64,000 nucleotides of DNA from Kiritimatiellia bacterium. Its GTDB lineage: Bacteria > Verrucomicrobiota > Kiritimatiellia > RFP12 > DVOR01. Position numbers and translations under genes: made by a program. Under the pieces are notes generated by a model, which worked only from the letters and a program-made list of their open reading frames with translations, did no database searches and had not been told where the DNA came from. Positions 60,001-64,000 of the stretch are shown in pieces (position 1 is the first letter of the stretch; each line of letters begins with the position of its first letter). The DNA lies in NCBI GenBank assembly GCA_017558005.1, contig JAFYWN010000018.1, positions 3,696-67,695 on the forward strand. Direction: 5' to 3'.

Positions 60001-60606
60001 GATATGGCAACGGCTCAGGCTCTGAGTGTTAAGGTTACTGGCTTGCCAAGTGGTTTAAGAGCCAGCTTTGAAAAATATTGTTCGGAAGAAAAGACCTATG
60101 AATGTGACATCTACTTAGAAGGCAAAACTTCTGCAGCGCCAGGCGATTATCCCGTGACCGTTACAATTAGTAATTCGCGAACGGGGCAAGTTGAGCATGT
60201 TTCTTCCGTAATACGCATCTTTCCGGCACCCTCCATTCAAATGAAAAAGAAATTCACGCTTGAGGCAGATGATTATTATGACGAAAACGGAAAACCGCTA
60301 GAGGCGCATGCAGAGGTAACTTATACCATCAATGGAATAAGTGGGACTGCAGCCTATAAGGTGACAATGGAGCGTCCCAATGGAAAACAGTTTACTACGT
60401 CTGGAAGTCTTCCACTAAACGACATTTTTGTAACAGCAACAGTTCCCCCAACCGGCTACCTTGAGTATAGTTATTATTTTTACACTGCAACATCTATAGC
60501 AGAGGCTGATATTGGGATAACACTCAATGAAGATGGGGTAGTCGACTTCTCTTGGGTATGGCTTGGGTATACCCAAGACTATTCATTTAGTTGGTATCCT
60601 TGGTAA
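57085..60606 (+). CDS. Secreted BspA/LRR_5-type leucine-rich-repeat surface protein with InlB-B-like and putative-Ig stalk
   Basis: AAGAGG RBS, signal peptide MKKFLFMLCLLMGYATLHA; VTSIGDYAF / VTIPEGVTSIG / SISLPNSVNRIERGAF repeats; the C-terminal ~500 aa is colinear with the giant protein's C-terminus. Confidence 0.88.
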   Translation: MKKFLFMLCLLMGYATLHADTAKVNGITWHYQVSDGEAKIYNDYYTSAIPSSASGAITIPSTLGGYPVTSIGDYAFYECGRLSSVTIPEGVTSIGDYAFEDCWKLKKLDIPSTVKSIGRYSGEGEVFAYSFDLKITVAAENPNYTSKDGALFNKDMTTLLRGPGATANYIIPDGVTDIADFAFCGSERLEWVTIPASVTSLSWSSFDSCTYVRIKVKNGNKHYIASSEGALFDKAMTTLIRGPGKTAHYKIPHGIEVIGVRAFKWTDIKTVEVPNSVTIIEEGAFFSCTKLASISLPNSVNRIERGAFDCCESLTSLTIPASVTMLGSTFVSGDCVKLKSIYFEGVPPSDEYGDYNWASDWWEVRPWKLTGYYPPTCALDWEEIIDKDGYIYDLKMELLSKSVTITFNTNGGNNHLGQTGKIQEKTTFGSVLVAPIVTRQHYTFTGWSPASTGIAPAVNTTYVAQWEPIINMGGDVEPRQITYTIKNKQATITGCSENISGWLDIPEMIGDAVVTAIAANAFKEQMGLTAVTFPDTITSVGADAFKGCINLATDNLIMPSMLKTLGKGAFTGCMAEAINLRPGSVFTMDDLAGYKLNTTASGAKLNAKTGILTATFTKPGEYEVVLSKPGYGIKAVSFNVGALPILSLSMDGGDAKCKVSGAGAYLVGRKTTLKATASKGYVFAGWYKDSYFWESCDSTLVDYRNPSYTYVMGEEDTQFYARFVTKEDEANYEMGIELIDEFYNSLGDYLQVRAGEVMEPVKVWVDSLTLPTVTVTGLPTGLKFDANTFTISGNPTKPGFYPITIEVKNASKSRSAFAIVNLEVRHFDAHGLHGDWEDAEPIVVDAFTTEPFNLEDWFGGFFKDIPIKSLKLPAGLTYNAKTGTINGNGKLKCGSYTVTLTDKAGQVTTFTLVAELDEADMFTYEDYFTPNEEWGGVYNGVVQGTNTDIWWISILKCKEESENWWDWDRCHLDMATAQALSVKVTGLPSGLRASFEKYCSEEKTYECDIYLEGKTSAAPGDYPVTVTISNSRTGQVEHVSSVIRIFPAPSIQMKKKFTLEADDYYDENGKPLEAHAEVTYTINGISGTAAYKVTMERPNGKQFTTSGSLPLNDIFVTATVPPTGYLEYSYYFYTATSIAEADIGITLNEDGVVDFSWVWLGYTQDYSFSWYPW

Positions 60607-60702
60607 CGATTGCCCAAAAAGATCGCACGACTAAGAAGCTCTGTCAATGAAGGTGTTTATCATTTTAACGCACTAACATTCCAGTTGTGTTCGGGTGCTA
60701 AT

Positions 60703-60738
60703 AAATTAGGGCGACGCGAGTATCGCGTGCCCTAATTT
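60703..60738 (+). terminator. Long hairpin, probable terminator
   Basis: aaattagggc-g-acgcga-gta-tcgcgt-gccctaattt. Confidence 0.7.
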
Positions 60739-61098
60739 TAACTCGGTGGCGAAAGTTAATTGCGTATTGACCGAATCTCCACCCAGTAACCGTCTACACC
60801 TTGATGAAGTGGGGGCCCATTTTAGGATTTCAAAGCAAATTTCCTCCATTGTTTTATGGCGTGAAATGCATGCCGTTGTAATTGTCTGCCTCAAAGGCTA
60901 AGTGGAAATCTTCGTTACCTAGGCTATGTAATGTCGTATGGTCGCGCAACCAAGTGTATTCAAAGACAAATTTCTCTTCCATCGCCCAAGTGAACTACCC
61001 GTCGACAATGTAAATTGTGTAATATTCACTATGAAAAGTGTTTAAAATGTGTTGAGAGGGGTGTGGATGTGGTATACTAGAGGTGTTCGTTAACGGCA

Positions 61099-62067
61099 AT
61101 GAAACTGATTACACCTGAAGCCTATTTAGAGCGGTTGCACACCTCAAATGTTGAGGGGGCGGTGCCGTATTTTCTTTTTTATTCAAGTCTTTTGGATGGT
61201 TATGTGACGGATACTGCGCTGATGCAGGTGCCGTTTCATGATCATTTGGTGCATCGTGGGGATGGTGTTTTTGAGACATTGAAGTGTGTTAATGGTGCGG
61301 TCTACAACATGGATGCGCATTTGCAGCGATTGCAACGGAGTGCCCATGAGATTGGGCTTGGATTCCGTAAGGGCTTTGAGGCATTGCGTCAGCTGGTATT
61401 AGAGGCGCTTGAGACGGCGGCCCAACCTGAGTGTTCGGTGCGCATTGTATTGAGTCGCGGACCTGGTGGAATGGGTGTGGCACCTTCGGAGAGTGCTGGG
61501 TCTGCGCTTTACATTTTGATTTATGGTGCTGGAACGCCATTTATGAAGAAGCATCCAGAGGGGGCAACATTACGTAAAAGTAATGTGCCGCCGAAGCAAC
61601 CCTACATGGCACGTATTAAGACGTGTAATTACATTCCGAATGCTTTAATGCGCGCAGAGGCGATGTTGCATGGGGTGGATTGTGTGGTTGGCGTGGATGA
61701 GGCAGGGCACATCACGGAGAGTGCCACGGAAAATATCGGCATTATTTCGAAGAGTGGTCGCTTAGTTTTCCCGTCGCCTGATACAATTTTACCGGGAACA
61801 ACGATGATTCGCGTAGCAGAATTAGCGCAGACCATCAGTGATGAGGGTTTGGTACGTGGCGTCGTGTTTCGTCCGATTCGCGAAGAGGAATTGGCTGAAG
61901 CGAAAGAGATTTTGATTGTTGGTACGACCTGGAATGTTGCCTCTGTGGTGCGTTACAATGGAAATCCGGTAGGTGATGGCTTGCCGGGGCCTGCGGGTCG
62001 AGTTTTGAATGAGCTTTTGGAACGTGATACGTTAGAGAATACAAATCTGCGTGTCCGCTATATGTGA
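61099..62067 (+). CDS. Class IV PLP aminotransferase (IlvE/D-Ala aminotransferase/ADC lyase family)
   Basis: DHLVHRGDGVFETL, IKTCNY, ESATENI, ILPGTT, VVRYNGNPVGDG. Confidence 0.87.
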   Translation: MKLITPEAYLERLHTSNVEGAVPYFLFYSSLLDGYVTDTALMQVPFHDHLVHRGDGVFETLKCVNGAVYNMDAHLQRLQRSAHEIGLGFRKGFEALRQLVLEALETAAQPECSVRIVLSRGPGGMGVAPSESAGSALYILIYGAGTPFMKKHPEGATLRKSNVPPKQPYMARIKTCNYIPNALMRAEAMLHGVDCVVGVDEAGHITESATENIGIISKSGRLVFPSPDTILPGTTMIRVAELAQTISDEGLVRGVVFRPIREEELAEAKEILIVGTTWNVASVVRYNGNPVGDGLPGPAGRVLNELLERDTLENTNLRVRYM

Positions 62068-62095
62068 TTGACATACTATTGAATGAGGTACGCTA

Positions 62096-62554
62096 ATGAG
62101 CACTTATGAGAATATGCTTGATCGAGCAATCGTAATTAATTCGTTGAAGAGCGAGGATATTTTTAGCGCCATCGCAGAATTGACCGATGCGCTTGTGGCG
62201 GCAGGCGCTTTGGCAGAAGATAAGCGTGATGAAGCGAAGCAGGCAATTGTGCGCCGTGAGATGTCGGCTTCTACGGTGATGACCGATGAAATTGCGTTGC
62301 CGCATGGCCGAACGGATGTGGTGGATGAATTTGTGTGCGCAATTGGTTTGCATAAGGATGGCTTTGCGGCAGATGCGCCTGATGGACAACCGACGCGTGT
62401 GGTTATTTTGATGTTGGTGCCGCCTGCGGCAGGTTCGGGATATACCACTTTCCTTGGTACCATTAGCCGTACGTTAATGGATGACGACAAGCGCGCTGCA
62501 ATGATTGCCGCAACGGATCGTGATGCGGTGCTTTCGATTTTGCGAAGCAAATAA
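62096..62554 (+). CDS. Stand-alone PTS IIA domain protein (Fru/Ntr type)
   Basis: RREMSASTVM...IALPHGR (phospho-His motif), APDGQPTRVVILM. Confidence 0.85.
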   Translation: MSTYENMLDRAIVINSLKSEDIFSAIAELTDALVAAGALAEDKRDEAKQAIVRREMSASTVMTDEIALPHGRTDVVDEFVCAIGLHKDGFAADAPDGQPTRVVILMLVPPAAGSGYTTFLGTISRTLMDDDKRAAMIAATDRDAVLSILRSK

Positions 62555-62659
62555 GTTTTTTTAAAACGTAAGAATGTAAGGGCGCGCACTAAAGCGTTGC
62601 CCAAAGTTTGCGGAATATGACGACAGAGCGTCAACCGCATAGATGAATTAAGGACCCCT

Positions 62660-64000
62660 ATGTTTAATCCTGTTTCTAATCGCCCAGACTTCGCGAAGAA
62701 TGAAGAAGCTGTTTTAGAAAAATGGGCACGTGAAAACACCTTTGCGGAAAGCCTTAAGAAGCGTGAAAACGCGCCTATTTTCCGTTTTTATGATGGACCT
62801 CCTTTCGCAACGGGTTTGCCACACTATGGCCACTTGTTGGCGGGTACGATTAAGGATGTGGTGCCGCGTTATCAAGCAATGCGTGGGTATTATGTGGAGC
62901 GTCGATTTGGTTGGGACTGCCATGGTCTGCCGATTGAGGCTTTGGCACAGGATGCGCTCGGCGTAAGTGGTGCCTATGAAATTCGTCAACACGGTATTCA
63001 TGCATTTAACGAACAGTGCCGTTCAATGGTGTTGCGCTATGTGGAACAGTGGCGTAACACGGTGACGCGCATGGGGCGTTGGGTTGATTTTGACAATGAC
63101 TACAAGACGATGCAACCCTCCTTCATGGAGAGTGTGTGGTGGGTCTTCAAGCAGTTGTGGGATCAGAATCGTGTCTATCGTAGCCATCGCATTATGCCGT
63201 ATTCGTGGAAGTTGTCGACTCCGCTCTCCAACTTTGAGGCAGGCAACAACTACAAGGATGTGCAAGATCCGGCCGTAACGGTGCGTTGTCGCATCACTGA
63301 AGGTGCACGCGCGGGCTGGGGTGAAGAAGCGTATCTCTTGGTGTGGACGACGACGCCATGGACATTACTCACGAACTTTGCCATTTGCGCGGGTCCCGCG
63401 ATTGATTACGTAGCAGTACGTGACAAGGCGGATGGTGCCGTTTACATTCTGGCAGAGGCTCGTTTGAGCGCAGTCTTCAAGAAAGCTGATGCGTATGACA
63501 TCTTGGAAACCTTCAAGGGTGAAGCTTTGAAGGGTATCCGTTATGAGCCGATCTTCCCTTACTACAAGGATAAGCCGAATGCCTTTGTGGTATTGACGGA
63601 TGATTACGTCACCACCACAGATGGCACAGGCTTGGTGCACAATGCGCCTGCATATGGTGAGGACGACTTCCGCGTTTGTGCGGCGGCGGGAATTACAATT
63701 GAAGACCCGATGGATGAGAGCTGCGCCTTTACGGCACCTGCTCCCGAAGCATGGCGTGGTCGTTTCTGCAAGGACTGCGACAAGGATATCATCAAGGAAT
63801 TGAAGGCGAATGGAAAGTTGGTCCATCAGGCCACAATCGTCCACTCGTATCCCTTCTGTGATCGTACAGATACGCCACTCATTTACCGTGCAATCGATGC
63901 GTGGTATGTGAAGGTGGAAGATTTACACGAACGCCTTGTGGAAAACAATGCTAAGGTGCATTGGCAACCGGAAGCTGTGGGTGCGAACCGTTTTGGCAAT
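62660..64000 (+). CDS. ileS: Isoleucyl-tRNA synthetase, type II, running off the window (absent from the ORF track because it has no stop)
   Basis: My translation from the ATG at 62660: MFNPVSNRPDF...FYDGPPFATGLPHYGHLLAG...GWDCHGLPIE...VWTTTPWTL...GTGLVHNAPAYGEDD. Confidence 0.95.
   Translation, partial: MFNPVSNRPDFAKNEEAVLEKWARENTFAESLKKRENAPIFRFYDGPPFATGLPHYGHLLAGTIKDVVPRYQAMRGYYVERRFGWDCHGLPIEALAQDALGVSGAYEIRQHGIHAFNEQCRSMVLRYVEQWRNTVTRMGRWVDFDNDYKTMQPSFMESVWWVFKQLWDQNRVYRSHRIMPYSWKLSTPLSNFEAGNNYKDVQDPAVTVRCRITEGARAGWGEEAYLLVWTTTPWTLLTNFAICAGPAIDYVAVRDKADGAVYILAEARLSAVFKKADAYDILETFKGEALKGIRYEPIFPYYKDKPNAFVVLTDDYVTTTDGTGLVHNAPAYGEDDFRVCAAAGITIEDPMDESCAFTAPAPEAWRGRFCKDCDKDIIKELKANGKLVHQATIVHSYPFCDRTDTPLIYRAIDAWYVKVEDLHERLVENNAKVHWQPEAVGANRFGN

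Noticed and set aside
55987-61050. Integrative island at tRNA-Pro
   Set aside because: No integrase, and I found no duplicate of the tRNA 3' end (att site) downstream.
62555-62659. T-box leader upstream of ileS
   Set aside because: Only about 105 bp, with no T-box consensus or specifier stem.

Overview
A 64-kb bacterial chromosome segment. The housekeeping gene set (lpxK, lptF/G, mla, mcsA/mcsB, type-II ileS) and the style of the surface proteins suggest a Gram-negative PVC-superphylum organism, possibly Kiritimatiellota/Lentisphaerota; this is inference, not a database result. Order: fmt-ppaC-ispH-priA (+); a minus-strand run gmk-coaC-mcsA-mcsB-like-lolA-like-AI-2E-hyp-lptF/G-NERD-prc-dxs-mutL; a 1.28-kb repeat-rich divergent intergenic region with DnaA-box-like motifs; a 17-kb surface-protein cluster (an FGE/C-type-lectin-fold gene broken by an in-frame TAG, a ~4100-aa giant adhesin-like protein, a ~1170-aa paralog); argG, dapAB-folK, an S8 protease, purF-lpxK-murJ, a NYN protein, dapF-rsmE-zupT-hyp-mlaEFD, tRNA-Pro(TGG); a palindromic 22-bp array bracketed by inverted repeats; a BspA-type LRR surface protein; a class-IV aminotransferase, PTS IIA and a partial ileS. 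Most notable: (1) a family of three mosaic surface proteins that share stalk modules; two of them also share a promoter/leader/signal-peptide cassette and the giant carries an AT-rich internal segment, suggesting modular shuffling; (2) several intergenic arrays of unrelated sequence, all with 11 or 22-23 bp period; (3) an FGE-fold gene whose 3' end looks like a DGR variable region, with no RT or template in the window; (4) apparent pseudo-enzymes: MutL lacking its endonuclease metal ligands, McsB lacking its kinase motifs, PurF lacking the catalytic Cys. No integrase, transposase, reverse transcriptase, CRISPR or rRNA was found. All calls come from reading motifs by eye.
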